DNA from: Acidobacteriota bacterium
GTDB taxonomy: Bacteria > Acidobacteriota > Vicinamibacteria > Vicinamibacterales > 2-12-FULL-66-21
Assembly: GCA_046733875.1 (NCBI GenBank)
Contig: JBKPQB010000027.1
Span: forward strand, 23,601 to 87,600
Reading direction: 5' to 3'
Length of the DNA: 64,000 bases
Shown: in pieces, positions 47,776 to 57,113 of the stretch
Layout of the letters: each line of letters starts with the position of its first letter
Position numbering within the stretch: position 1 is the first letter of the stretch
The notes under the pieces: generated by a model
The model's database searches: none
Told to the model about the DNA's origin: nothing
The model's input: the letters and a program-made list of their open reading frames with translations, nothing else
Position numbers and translations under genes: made by a program

Positions 47776-49722
47776 ATGCATCTGTTCCGCATCGCGGTCC
47801 TCGCGCTGGTGCCGTCGGTGGCCGCCGCGCAGGCCCGTGTCATTCCGGTTCCGGACAAGATCAAGGCCGAAGGAGTTCCGGCGATCCCCCAGTCGATCGC
47901 CGACGATCTGAGCAGGTATGCGAACTTTCGTGAAGCGCAATTGGTCGCGTGGAGCCCGTCGAAGCGGCAGATCCTGATCCAGACCGCCTTCGGCAACTTT
48001 CCGCAGCTTCACCTCGTCGAGGGTCCGGGCCGCGCGCGCACGCAGCTCACGTTCTTCCCTGACGGCATTTCGCGCCAGGCTGCCTGGGCGGAATTCGATC
48101 CCTCCGATTCGACGAGGTTCGTCCTGCGCAAGGATCTGGGCGGCGGCACGGAAGCGAACCAGCTCTTTCGGTACGAAATGAGCGCGGGTGCGCCGACGCT
48201 CATCACTGATGGGACGTCACGGTACGGGTTCCCCGTCTGGTCGCGGCAGGGACAATGGATCGCGTACACGTCCACCGAACGAAATGGTAAGGATTACGAC
48301 CTGTACGTGATGCAGCCGTCGGATCCGAAAACGGCGCGGCGCGTGGCGGAGACGTCGGGGAACTGGGAAGCGCTCGACTGGAGCCCCGATGGCACGACGC
48401 TTCTGGCCGAAGAAACGGTCGGCGACGCCGAGACGTACCTCTGGCAAGTCGACGTCAAGAGCGGCGAGAAGAGAGCGCTGACGCCGAAAGGAGCCGACGC
48501 CGCGTTCTGGGATCGCGCGCGATTCAGCGCGGACGGACGGTTCGTCTACGCGCTGAGCGACAAGGGGAACGAACGTCAGCGGCTCTGGCGCGGCGATGTC
48601 CGAAAGGGCGCGTGGATGCCGCTGACGAGCGACTCTGAATCGGTCGATCAGTTCGGTCTCTCGTCGGACGGGCAGATGATCGCGCTCGTGTTCGATCGCG
48701 GCAGCGCGAGCGAGCTGCAGGTGCTCGACGTCGCGACGATGAAGCCGCGCACGCTTCCCGCTCTGCCGGTGGGCGTCATCACACGAATCGCGTGGCGTCC
48801 GGGCTCGCGCGAGCTGGGGTTCACGTTTGCGAACGTGAAGACGTTCGGCGATGTTTTCTCCATCGATGCGTCGCTGGGCACGCTCACGAGGTGGACGTCG
48901 AGCGAGGTGAGCGGGTTCAATCCGGACTCGCTTCCGGCCCCGGAGGTGGTCGAGTGGAAGAGCGTCGACGGGCTGCCGATCAGCGGGATTCTGTATCGTC
49001 CGCCAGCGAAGTTCGCTGGCCCACGTCCCGTCATGGTCAACATTCACGGCGGCCCAATCGACCGATCGCTGCCGCGGTTCATGGGTCGGAGCAACTATTT
49101 TCTGAACGAGCTGGGGATCGCGATCATTCTGCCGAACGTCCGCGGCTCGGGCGGGTTTGGACGTCGGTTCGAGCAGGCCGACAACGGGCTCGCGCGGGAG
49201 GGGGCGATCAAGGACGTCGGTGCGCTGCTCGATTGGATTGCTGCGCGCCCGGATCTCGATAAGGACCGCGTGATGTTGACCGGGGCCAGCTACGGCGGCT
49301 ATCTCTCGCTCGAGGCCGCCATTGTCTATGCGGACCGGATCCGGTGCGTGTACGAAGCGGCGGGCATGACGAACCTCGTCGCCTTTCTCGAGGAGACAGA
49401 GCCGTCGCGACAGGCGGAGCGCCGGCCCGAGTACGGCGACGAGCGGGATCCGCAGATGCGCGCGTTCCTGACGTCCATTTCACCAATCAGTCGCGCGTCA
49501 GAGCTCAGGAAGCCCGTCGCGGTGATCCATCCGTCCAAAGACACGCGCATCCCGGTCGGACAGGCGGCCGACTTCGCGAAAGCCGTGCGGGCAAACGGTG
49601 TCCCGGTGTGGTACATCGAGTACACGGATATCGGGCACGACAATTTTCCCGGGTCCGCTGCCAACGCGAACTTCAACTTCTGCTGCTGGATTCTGTTCGT
49701 GAAGACATATCTTCTGAACTGA
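47776..49722 (+). CDS. S9 prolyl-oligopeptidase-family serine peptidase with N-terminal beta-propeller, secreted
   Basis: Start at ATG 47776 gives the signal peptide MHLFRIAVLALVPSVAAAQA. TolB-like propeller repeats, a GASYGGYLS nucleophile elbow, and a C-terminal His (DIGHD). Confidence 0.85.
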   Translation: MHLFRIAVLALVPSVAAAQARVIPVPDKIKAEGVPAIPQSIADDLSRYANFREAQLVAWSPSKRQILIQTAFGNFPQLHLVEGPGRARTQLTFFPDGISRQAAWAEFDPSDSTRFVLRKDLGGGTEANQLFRYEMSAGAPTLITDGTSRYGFPVWSRQGQWIAYTSTERNGKDYDLYVMQPSDPKTARRVAETSGNWEALDWSPDGTTLLAEETVGDAETYLWQVDVKSGEKRALTPKGADAAFWDRARFSADGRFVYALSDKGNERQRLWRGDVRKGAWMPLTSDSESVDQFGLSSDGQMIALVFDRGSASELQVLDVATMKPRTLPALPVGVITRIAWRPGSRELGFTFANVKTFGDVFSIDASLGTLTRWTSSEVSGFNPDSLPAPEVVEWKSVDGLPISGILYRPPAKFAGPRPVMVNIHGGPIDRSLPRFMGRSNYFLNELGIAIILPNVRGSGGFGRRFEQADNGLAREGAIKDVGALLDWIAARPDLDKDRVMLTGASYGGYLSLEAAIVYADRIRCVYEAAGMTNLVAFLEETEPSRQAERRPEYGDERDPQMRAFLTSISPISRASELRKPVAVIHPSKDTRIPVGQAADFAKAVRANGVPVWYIEYTDIGHDNFPGSAANANFNFCCWILFVKTYLLN

Positions 49723-49724
49723 TC

Positions 49725-50630
49725 ATGGCGCGGTCCCTTTGCACGGTCCTATTCGTGAGCCTCTTGCTCGTTTCGCCGGTGCGCGCGCAGAATGCCGACG
49801 CATCGGCGATGGTCAAACAGGGCGAGAAACTGCTCGACGAGGGCAATCTCGATGCGGCGCTCAAGCAGTTCCGCGCGGCCGTGACTGCCGATCCCCAGCG
49901 GTATGACGCGCAGGACGGCCTTGGCCGCGCGCTCGATCTCGCCGGCAGCTACCAGGAAGCGCGGCAGCATCTCGAGCGGGCGATCGCGCTGGCGCCGGAG
50001 GACTCGAAGAACCAGGCGCTCGCGACGATGGCGGTGTCGCTGGCGTTCGAGGGGCGCGCCGAAGACGCGGCGCGGTACTACCGCCGCGCGTTCGACGCGC
50101 AGATGCAGGCGAAGGACTCTGCGGGTGCCGCGGCAACGGCCAACGCGCTGGCGCGCGTGTACCTCGAGGCGGGAATGCTCGACAAGGCGGAGCAGTGGTA
50201 CCGCACGGGATATGAAACGTCGAAGCGCCTGTCGCATCGGCCCGCATCGCAGGCGCGTCTGTGGGAGCTGCGATGGCAGCACGCGCTCGGCCGGATTGCT
50301 GCCCGCCGCCATCGGCGGGCCGCCGCGCTTCAGCATGCGGCGGTCGTCAAGCGGCTTCTCGATGAGGGAGGCAACGACAACCAGCGCCCGGCATATCCCT
50401 ACTTGCTCGGGTATATCGACTATCACACGCGTCACTATCGCGAAGCGGTGGCGGCGCTGACCCGCGGCGATCAGAACGACGTATTCGTGCTCGGGCTGAT
50501 CGCGCAGAGCTACCGGAGGCTCGGCGACCGCGCCCACGCGCGCGAGTACTTCGAGCGCGTGCTCGCCAGCACGGCGCACAATCTGCCCGCCGCATTCATG
50601 CGGCCGGTTGCGCGCGAGTACCTGAAATGA
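49725..50630 (+). CDS. Secreted TPR-repeat protein
   Basis: ATG lies 2 nt after the peptidase stop. Signal peptide MARSLCTVLFVSLLLVSPVRAQ. Repeated TPR-like helices (GNLDAALKQFRAAV..., YQEARQHLERAIAL...). Confidence 0.7.
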   Translation: MARSLCTVLFVSLLLVSPVRAQNADASAMVKQGEKLLDEGNLDAALKQFRAAVTADPQRYDAQDGLGRALDLAGSYQEARQHLERAIALAPEDSKNQALATMAVSLAFEGRAEDAARYYRRAFDAQMQAKDSAGAAATANALARVYLEAGMLDKAEQWYRTGYETSKRLSHRPASQARLWELRWQHALGRIAARRHRRAAALQHAAVVKRLLDEGGNDNQRPAYPYLLGYIDYHTRHYREAVAALTRGDQNDVFVLGLIAQSYRRLGDRAHAREYFERVLASTAHNLPAAFMRPVAREYLK

Positions 50631-50640
50631 GATAAGCGCC

Positions 50641-50690
50641 GGGGATCAGGGGTGGGTAATCGGGGGATCGGGATTGGAGATTAAGGATTC
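50641..50690 (+). repeat. G-rich word array related to 46677-46745
   Basis: GGGGATCAGGGGTGGGTAATCGGGGGATCGGGATTGGAGATTAAGGATTC. Contains the MFS stop codon (50681-50683). Confidence 0.8.
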
Positions 50691-51991
50691 ACCTCGGCCG
50701 CGCGTGCCGCGCGGCGGCCGTCTTCGACATCGACGAACGTCAGCAACGCCGCCCCGATGATGAAGAACGCGATGACGGACAGCACCGCGCTGCGGCTCGT
50801 GCCGCTGTGCTGCACGACCCACGCGAAGATCGCCGGACCCAGAATGCCGGCGTAGCGTTCGAAGACGCTGAAGAACGCGAAGAACTCCGATGATTTGTGC
50901 CGGGGGATCATCGCGGCGAACATCGACCGGCTCAGTGCTTGTGTGCCTCCCTGGACCATGCCGACGAGAATCGCCAGCGTGAAGAACTGCGCTGCGGATT
51001 GCAGGTAGTATCCCAGGATCGTGATGACGGCGTATACGGCGAGCCCGACGAACACCGCCGCCTTGGCGCCGATCCAATCCGCGAACAACCCGAACAGAAA
51101 CGCGAACGGAATGCCGACGAACTGCGTCACGAGCAGCGCGCCGATCATGGCGTTGTCGTCGACGCCCACCTCGGCGCCATAGATCGTGGCCATTCGAATG
51201 ATCGTCTGGATCCCGTCGTTATAGATCAGGAACGCGAGCAGGAAGACGAACGCCTGGCGGTAGCGCCGCAGCTCGAAGAACGTTTCGAGGAGGCGGTGGA
51301 AGGCCACCTTGAAGGCATTCTCCGCGGGGTGCTCGCTGGCTTCGAGATGCCGCGGAGGCTCCGCGACGTGGCGGAAGAGCGGAATCGAGAACAGCACCCA
51401 CCACACAGCCACACTGGCCAGACTGGCGCGAACAGCGACGCCGCGATCGGGTAGCCCGAACAGCGCGGGCCGGCTCATCATCAGGATGTTGATGGCCAGC
51501 AGAACACCGCCGCCGATGTAGCCGACCGCGTAGCCCGCGGACGACACGCGGTCGAGCTCCTCTTCACCTACGAGGTGCGGCAGCAGCGACTCGTAGAAGA
51601 CGATGGTCCCGGCGACGCCGACGTTGCCGATCACGAACAGCACGAGCGCGAAGAGCCACTCGCCGCGCGTGATGAAGTACATCGCGCCGGTCGCGGCCGC
51701 GCCAATCGCCAGGAACACGCCGAGCAGCTTCTTCTTGACAGCCGCGTAATCGGCGACCGCCCCGAGCACCGGCGTGATGACCGCGACGATGACAATCGAC
51801 CATGTCGTCGCCCAGGCGAAGCGGCTGGTGGCCAGTGGTCCGGGAAGATCCGCCGCCGCGACCCTCTGGTAATAGATGGGAAAGATCGCCGCGATGATCG
51901 TTGTCTGGAACGCGGAGTTCGCCCAGTCGTACATCGCCCATGCGCGCAGGTCGCGCCGTCCGAGCCCGAGGCGGTTGAGAAGAGCGCTCAC
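50681..51991 (-). CDS. MFS transporter, UMF1/Atg22-like family
   Basis: MYDWANSAFQTTIIAAIFPIYY signature near the N-terminus and about 12 TM helices. Start tentatively GTG 51991; the longer ORF (to 52372) shadows the upstream gene. Confidence 0.78.
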   Translation of the reverse strand: MSALLNRLGLGRRDLRAWAMYDWANSAFQTTIIAAIFPIYYQRVAAADLPGPLATSRFAWATTWSIVIVAVITPVLGAVADYAAVKKKLLGVFLAIGAAATGAMYFITRGEWLFALVLFVIGNVGVAGTIVFYESLLPHLVGEEELDRVSSAGYAVGYIGGGVLLAINILMMSRPALFGLPDRGVAVRASLASVAVWWVLFSIPLFRHVAEPPRHLEASEHPAENAFKVAFHRLLETFFELRRYRQAFVFLLAFLIYNDGIQTIIRMATIYGAEVGVDDNAMIGALLVTQFVGIPFAFLFGLFADWIGAKAAVFVGLAVYAVITILGYYLQSAAQFFTLAILVGMVQGGTQALSRSMFAAMIPRHKSSEFFAFFSVFERYAGILGPAIFAWVVQHSGTSRSAVLSVIAFFIIGAALLTFVDVEDGRRAARAAEVNP

Positions 51992-51999
51992 ATTGAAAT

Positions 52000-52036
52000 G
52001 GTTGAAAGTTGGCGGTTGGGAGTTGGGCGTTCGGTT
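52000..52036 (+). repeat. Heptad array related to 20662-20690
   Basis: GGTTGAAAGTTGGCGGTTGGGAGTTGGGCGTTCGGTT, between the ATPase stop and the MFS start on the minus strand. Confidence 0.75.
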
Positions 52037-53175
52037 CAGTAAGTCCTGCGAGCAACCCACTCGCGCAGCAGCGAGTCGACGACGATGTATCGGCCGCCTT
52101 CGCGCGACAGCACGTCGTCGCGCACGAGCGCGGCGAGCGACGCCTGCACGCTGGACGGTCCGCTCAAGCGATGGCGCGCACGGACGTCTGCGCTCAACAG
52201 CTCGCGGCCGTCCTCCAGGACGACGGCCCGAAGGGCCCCGCGCTGCGGCACGGTGAGGCGCTGCCACATCGCCTCGAAGATCGCATGGTGCTCGTTGAGC
52301 AGACGGCGCAGCGTCGCGTGGAGGTCTTCGAGGCCTACTCTCCTCGCCCCTTCCGCCCTCGCATCGTCCCACGTTTCGTGCGCGAGCCGCTGGACGTCGT
52401 ACGGCAGATTGCCGGCAAGCTCGACGATCGCGCCGCCCAGCCCGGGATCCGGCCTGAACCCAGTCTTCTGAAATCTCTCATCGACGAATTCGGCGAACTG
52501 GTCGCCAGGAATCCTTTCGAGCCGCAGCACCGGTCCGGCCTTGTAGAAGGGCCGGCTGCGGCTCAGCATTCGTTCCATGAGCGTCGGCTCGGAGCCGGAA
52601 AACACGTAGCCGACCTGACGTTGATGCTGGATCGCGGCGCGCAGCGAGTGCTCCACCTCGTGCGATCCTTCGTCGAACGCGTTGATGGCCTGGAATTCGT
52701 CGAGTGCAACCGCGAGTGGACGACGGCGCATGTCGGCGATTCGGGCCGGCAGCGCGAAGACGGCCTCGGCCAGGCGCGAGATGTCACTCTTCGTGCGCGC
52801 GGCCGGGAACGAGAGCGACAGCCGCGATCCCGCTTCGACGCGCAGCTCTGGGTGCAGGCTGCCCAGCAGCTCCGACAGCCACGCCCGGACGCGATCCGCT
52901 TTGGCTTCGATGGTCAGGAGCGCGCGCGCGTAGCCCTCGAGGAACGCCACGTACGAGCTGTAGCTGCTGACGGTGACATCGACCGCGAGCGCGCCGCGCT
53001 TCGCAGACGCGCGCAGTGCCTGTTGCACCAGGGACGATTTGCCGTATCGTCGCGGCGAAATCAGGAAGATCTTCTGCGCCGCGAGCAGATCGCCCGTCAG
53101 CCGCTCCAGCTCCTGCTCACGGTCCACGAACGCGGAGGCCGGTACGACCTCGCCGTAGACGAACGGGTTCTGCAT
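52036..53175 (-). CDS. Archaeal-type ATPase (PF01637-like P-loop NTPase) with C-terminal winged-helix-like region
   Basis: MQNPFVYGEVVPASAFVDREQELERL... and Walker A ISPRRYGKSSL. Walker B-like LAVALDEFQ. C-terminal helical/wHTH-like end. Confidence 0.72.
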   Translation of the reverse strand: MQNPFVYGEVVPASAFVDREQELERLTGDLLAAQKIFLISPRRYGKSSLVQQALRASAKRGALAVDVTVSSYSSYVAFLEGYARALLTIEAKADRVRAWLSELLGSLHPELRVEAGSRLSLSFPAARTKSDISRLAEAVFALPARIADMRRRPLAVALDEFQAINAFDEGSHEVEHSLRAAIQHQRQVGYVFSGSEPTLMERMLSRSRPFYKAGPVLRLERIPGDQFAEFVDERFQKTGFRPDPGLGGAIVELAGNLPYDVQRLAHETWDDARAEGARRVGLEDLHATLRRLLNEHHAIFEAMWQRLTVPQRGALRAVVLEDGRELLSADVRARHRLSGPSSVQASLAALVRDDVLSREGGRYIVVDSLLREWVARRTY

Positions 53176-53176
53176 C

Positions 53177-53218
53177 GATACGTTACTTCACGTAACGGAT
53201 ACGTATCTTAACGTAACG
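53177..53218. promoter_or_regulatory. Two tandem 21-bp AT-rich direct repeats abutting the ATPase start codon
   Basis: GATACGTTACTTCACGTAACG (53177-53197) and GATACGTATCTTAACGTAACG (53198-53218) are 17/21 identical. Each contains ACGT cores and internal CGTTAC/GTAACG symmetry. Confidence 0.6.
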
Positions 53219-55571
53219 GTGGGACTGGCGCAATCACAGCCGGTGGCGCGAGCACCCAGCCGATGCTGAGGCTCCAGACGGTGTGCTCCTGGGGCAGCCA
53301 TGGCGGGAGGCTCTGCCATCCAGATCCGCCAGGATACCGGCTCGAGTACACGACGGCGCGGGTGTCGCCGAGTGTCGCGTCTTTTCCCTTCGGGAAGGAG
53401 GCCCGCCAGGTCAGCCCGTCGGCCGGCACCGCAATGAATCTCGCGCGCCATCTCCCGCGCGAAACGATGCCGGGGAGGTTGCTGCGTGCCGCTTGAATGC
53501 CCGAAGGCAGAACGAATGATGCGGTGAGCCCGGGCGCCTGCGGCACGATCGTCATCGACAGCTCCGTCCCGGCGGCGACGGGCGTCAGCGCAAAGTTCGC
53601 GATTACCGCCGGAGGTGGACCGGGGGGCGCGGCGGTCGTGCGAAACACGAACGGGGATACGAGCTGCCCCCATGGAATGCTGCCCGCCGGCGCATCGGTC
53701 ACGCGATACCAGCCTGACGGTGCGCTCGGATCGAGGTCGAGGCCTGGTTCGAGCGAGGCGACCTCGTACGTCGCCAGCGTGGCCACTGGCTCGACGAGCA
53801 CGCGGGCGTGGCGCCGCTGCGGCGCGGCGGGCGTGTACGCCGGCGCCGCGTAGGCCAGAGCGGCAGTCGCCACGGTTACAACGAAGAGCGCCGCCGTGAC
53901 GAGTGGCGATCTCACCGTCGGTCGGACGGCAGCCGTGGACGCAATGAAAGGAGGCGCGACCATTGCGGCGCACGCGGTGACGAGCGTGGCGTATGCGAAC
54001 ACTGGCGTGATGATCGGCAGCCGCCCCATGACCGCCACCATGAACTGCAGAAGATCGATCGTGGGACGGACCCAGAGCGTCCCGGCGACGGCGAATACCA
54101 CGACGGAGACGGCGCGGATCGCCGGCACGACCGAGACGGGGACCGCCAGCAGACCCATCCCCGCGACAAGGAGCGGCAGGCTCCAGAGAAAGCCCGCTGC
54201 CGGCGCAATGGAGGCGCAGAAACCACAGAGCGCGATCCAGACGGGGAGCGTGAGGCTCCAGACGAGCATCGGGTGCCGCGGGGCGTGCGCACGCGAGGGC
54301 AGCCAGGCGCCGGCGCGCATTGCGAGCCATGCCGCGAGAATTCCGATGGACGCGAGCAGCAGAAAGAGACGCCGCGGATGGGCGTACCACGGGTGGTACA
54401 CCGTGCGTGTTTCGCGCAGCGCCCACGTCACCGCAATCATCGACGCGATTACCAGCGCTGTTCCAAGCAGCGTCCACGCGAGATCGAGCACCCATCTCCA
54501 CAGGCCCAGATATCTGACGCTCGCTGCAAGCACCTTGAACCAGGCGAGCACGCCGCAGGTGAGCGCCGCAAGCGCGAGCAGCCACGCGACGACGGGCCCC
54601 CACGACATGCCCGACGCCTGTCCGATGTCGAAGTAGGTCGCATCTGACGCAGAGCGCGCCGTCAAATCCATCGCATCGAGCGCCTCCATCGTCGTCACTA
54701 CGTTCTCCCCGCTGCGGCGCAGCGTGGCGTCCGCGAGGCGATCCGGTGTATCGCGCGCGGTGTGATACGCGTAGCTGTCGCCGATCGGCGCGAAGTTCAG
54801 CCCCGGGATGTCGTAGCGCTTCAGAATGGAGAAGTCTGTGTCGTTCGGAAGCCGGCGGTAGATTTCGAGGGCATATGATGCGCCCGCCGGATGCGGCGCC
54901 TTGCGCGCCCACGGCTTCACGATCCACGAGTTTCCCGGACCTGTCTCGAAGAGCATGGCTGTGCCCGAGGATCCAACCGCTTCGACGTTCACATACGCCT
55001 GAACGCGCTCCATTACCTCGCGATCGGCGGTCAGTCCAGCGGCCCCCATGAGGCCTGCTTCTTCCGCGTCCGTGACGAGCACCATCAGGCTGTGCCGGCG
55101 ACTCGTTCGAGCGCCGAGCACTCGCGCGGCTTCGAGCGACACCGCGACGCCGAACGCGTCGTCTGCAGCGCCGGGCGCTTCGGGCACCGAATCGTAGTGC
55201 GAGACGAGCGCCATTGCTCCACGGTCCGCTCCTGCCTTCACGCCGATGATGTTCGCGACGTGGGCGGTGAGCCCAAGCTCCGGGCGCCGCGCATCCGTCT
55301 CCTGGACGCGGACGTCGAATCCGAACAGGCGAAGCTGGTCGATGATGTACTGCCTGGCGCGGGCGTTCTCAGGTGTGCCCGCCGGCCGGCTGCCAATGGT
55401 GCCGGCGAGCATCTCCACATGCGCGCGCGCGTTATCGAGCGAGAAGAGGGCCGCGGGCCGCGCACAACCGGCCGCGGCTGCGGTCATCAGCACCGCGGCC
55501 ATCAGACACACGCGTCTGAACATGCCGGAAGAGTACATCACCCTCAAGACGGGGTGCGGTATGAACCTCAC
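53208..55571 (-). CDS. Membrane-anchored M28-family metallopeptidase (N-terminal peptidase domain, multi-TM region, C-terminal domain; ERMP1-like layout)
   Basis: M28 motifs (HYDSVPEAPGAADDAFGVA, TDAEEAGLMGA), then about 8 hydrophobic helices, then a roughly 200-aa tail. GTG 55571 overlaps the upstream stop (GTGA). Alternative start ATG 55523 precedes a lipobox-like AAAAGC. Confidence 0.8.
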   Translation of the reverse strand: MRFIPHPVLRVMYSSGMFRRVCLMAAVLMTAAAAGCARPAALFSLDNARAHVEMLAGTIGSRPAGTPENARARQYIIDQLRLFGFDVRVQETDARRPELGLTAHVANIIGVKAGADRGAMALVSHYDSVPEAPGAADDAFGVAVSLEAARVLGARTSRRHSLMVLVTDAEEAGLMGAAGLTADREVMERVQAYVNVEAVGSSGTAMLFETGPGNSWIVKPWARKAPHPAGASYALEIYRRLPNDTDFSILKRYDIPGLNFAPIGDSYAYHTARDTPDRLADATLRRSGENVVTTMEALDAMDLTARSASDATYFDIGQASGMSWGPVVAWLLALAALTCGVLAWFKVLAASVRYLGLWRWVLDLAWTLLGTALVIASMIAVTWALRETRTVYHPWYAHPRRLFLLLASIGILAAWLAMRAGAWLPSRAHAPRHPMLVWSLTLPVWIALCGFCASIAPAAGFLWSLPLLVAGMGLLAVPVSVVPAIRAVSVVVFAVAGTLWVRPTIDLLQFMVAVMGRLPIITPVFAYATLVTACAAMVAPPFIASTAAVRPTVRSPLVTAALFVVTVATAALAYAAPAYTPAAPQRRHARVLVEPVATLATYEVASLEPGLDLDPSAPSGWYRVTDAPAGSIPWGQLVSPFVFRTTAAPPGPPPAVIANFALTPVAAGTELSMTIVPQAPGLTASFVLPSGIQAARSNLPGIVSRGRWRARFIAVPADGLTWRASFPKGKDATLGDTRAVVYSSRYPGGSGWQSLPPWLPQEHTVWSLSIGWVLAPPAVIAPVPPLR

Positions 55572-57094
55572 CGGCTCGCGAATGCTGCGAGCGCGGTCTC
55601 GTCGACCGGCACGCAGTCGAGCGTGGCGCGCCGTGAATGGGCTTCCCAGAAGTCACGCCGCAGAAAGGCAGCTCGATCCATGCGATCGTACGGCCCGTTG
55701 CGCACGAACACGTACTCGCGTTGGAAGCGCGGCGACGACACCATCTCGAGAATCATCTTGCGGCGGCGCGCACCGATGATCTCGTCCGGACTGCCGCCGC
55801 GGAGAAGCGCCAAGCCCGACAGGTAGCCCTCGATAATGTCCGGCCGCTGCTCGACCACCCAGCGCATGTCAGTCTTGGAATCCTGGGGCCCATCGGGATC
55901 GAATGTGCCGTGGCGTGCGATGTAGGGCGTGTTCAATCCCAGCGCGTCGATATGGACTGCGTCTACAACGAAGGGGAGCGCGCCTGCGTAGCTGCTGGAG
56001 ATAGTCGTCGTGGGCGTCGCCAATGAGGCGAGCCAGGCGACATAGTCCGCGTTGCCAGGTCGCGGACCGCCGCGTTCCTGCACGAGAAGGATGCCGGCGT
56101 TGGCGGCGAGCGCGAGTCCGACGGCGGCAGCGACCTGTCCCCATCGACGATGGCGCACAACCCTCGTGAGACCGGTCATCGCCACGAGTACCCAGGCCGG
56201 AGCTACGTGCACGAACTGGCGCCAGACGGGGAATGCGGTCGGTGGGTCTCCGCCCGCGCTCGCCATATACAGGACGTACAGGACGAATAGCGCGATGCAC
56301 GTCAATCCACGCTGATCGCCGGCGCGCCTCACCGCGACGCCACCAATCGCCAGAAAGACGACTACTACCGCGTGCGCGAGCATCCAACCGCCGACGTACA
56401 CCAGGCCGAGCTTCACGTGTCCAACGCCGCCGCCCGCCACTTTCGCGTAGTACGTGTTGGGCGCGAGCGCGTGATAGCTCACCCAGCGGTGAATCGCGAT
56501 CACCGCAAGCGTCAGGGTGCCGAGAATCGCCGTCGCGAGGATCCATCGCCGACGCTCGCCCCGCCAGGCGAGAGCCAGCACGTCGATTCCCGCGACGAGC
56601 ACGCCTTCGGGCCGCATCGCGACGAGGAGCGGTGCGACGATCGGCTGCCACGCGGCTGGACCGACCAGCGCAAGCGTGACGAGGCCGGTGAACGCCACGG
56701 CCTCCATTCCCGACGCGGCATACAGCACGAACGGCGCGTACACCGCGAGGAAGAGGCCCCCAAGGAAAGCGGGGCGATCGTCGCGGCGCCGGAGGAGGAC
56801 GGCTAGTACGACGAGCGCCGCCGCACCACCCAGCACCTTTGACGCCAGGCGAACATCGATGCCGAGCCGAGCAGCGCCCGCGAGGAGCAGGGTCCACAGC
56901 AACGACGAATAGCCTTCGACGCGCTCGCCGGTGTGATTCCATGCACCGAGGCCGTATCCTTCGGCGAAATGGCGTGCGTACCGGAAGGTGATATAGGCAT
57001 CATCAAGCGTCAAGCGCGACAAGAGCACGATCAACGACGCGGCGACGGTCATCGCCGCTGCCGCAATCAGGATTGCTTCGAGCTTCGAGAACAT
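55568..57094 (-). CDS. Polytopic membrane protein, GT-C-type glycosyltransferase-like
   Basis: Start placed at MFSKLEAIL (57094; ORF extends to 57148). N-terminal LDDAYITFRYARHFAEGYGLGAWNHTGERVEGYSSLLW loop motif followed by more than 10 TM helices and a soluble C-terminus. Confidence 0.5.
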   Translation of the reverse strand: MFSKLEAILIAAAAMTVAASLIVLLSRLTLDDAYITFRYARHFAEGYGLGAWNHTGERVEGYSSLLWTLLLAGAARLGIDVRLASKVLGGAAALVVLAVLLRRRDDRPAFLGGLFLAVYAPFVLYAASGMEAVAFTGLVTLALVGPAAWQPIVAPLLVAMRPEGVLVAGIDVLALAWRGERRRWILATAILGTLTLAVIAIHRWVSYHALAPNTYYAKVAGGGVGHVKLGLVYVGGWMLAHAVVVVFLAIGGVAVRRAGDQRGLTCIALFVLYVLYMASAGGDPPTAFPVWRQFVHVAPAWVLVAMTGLTRVVRHRRWGQVAAAVGLALAANAGILLVQERGGPRPGNADYVAWLASLATPTTTISSSYAGALPFVVDAVHIDALGLNTPYIARHGTFDPDGPQDSKTDMRWVVEQRPDIIEGYLSGLALLRGGSPDEIIGARRRKMILEMVSSPRFQREYVFVRNGPYDRMDRAAFLRRDFWEAHSRRATLDCVPVDETALAAFASR

Positions 57095-57113
57095 GGCGCC
57101 CGACAGTTCGCCT

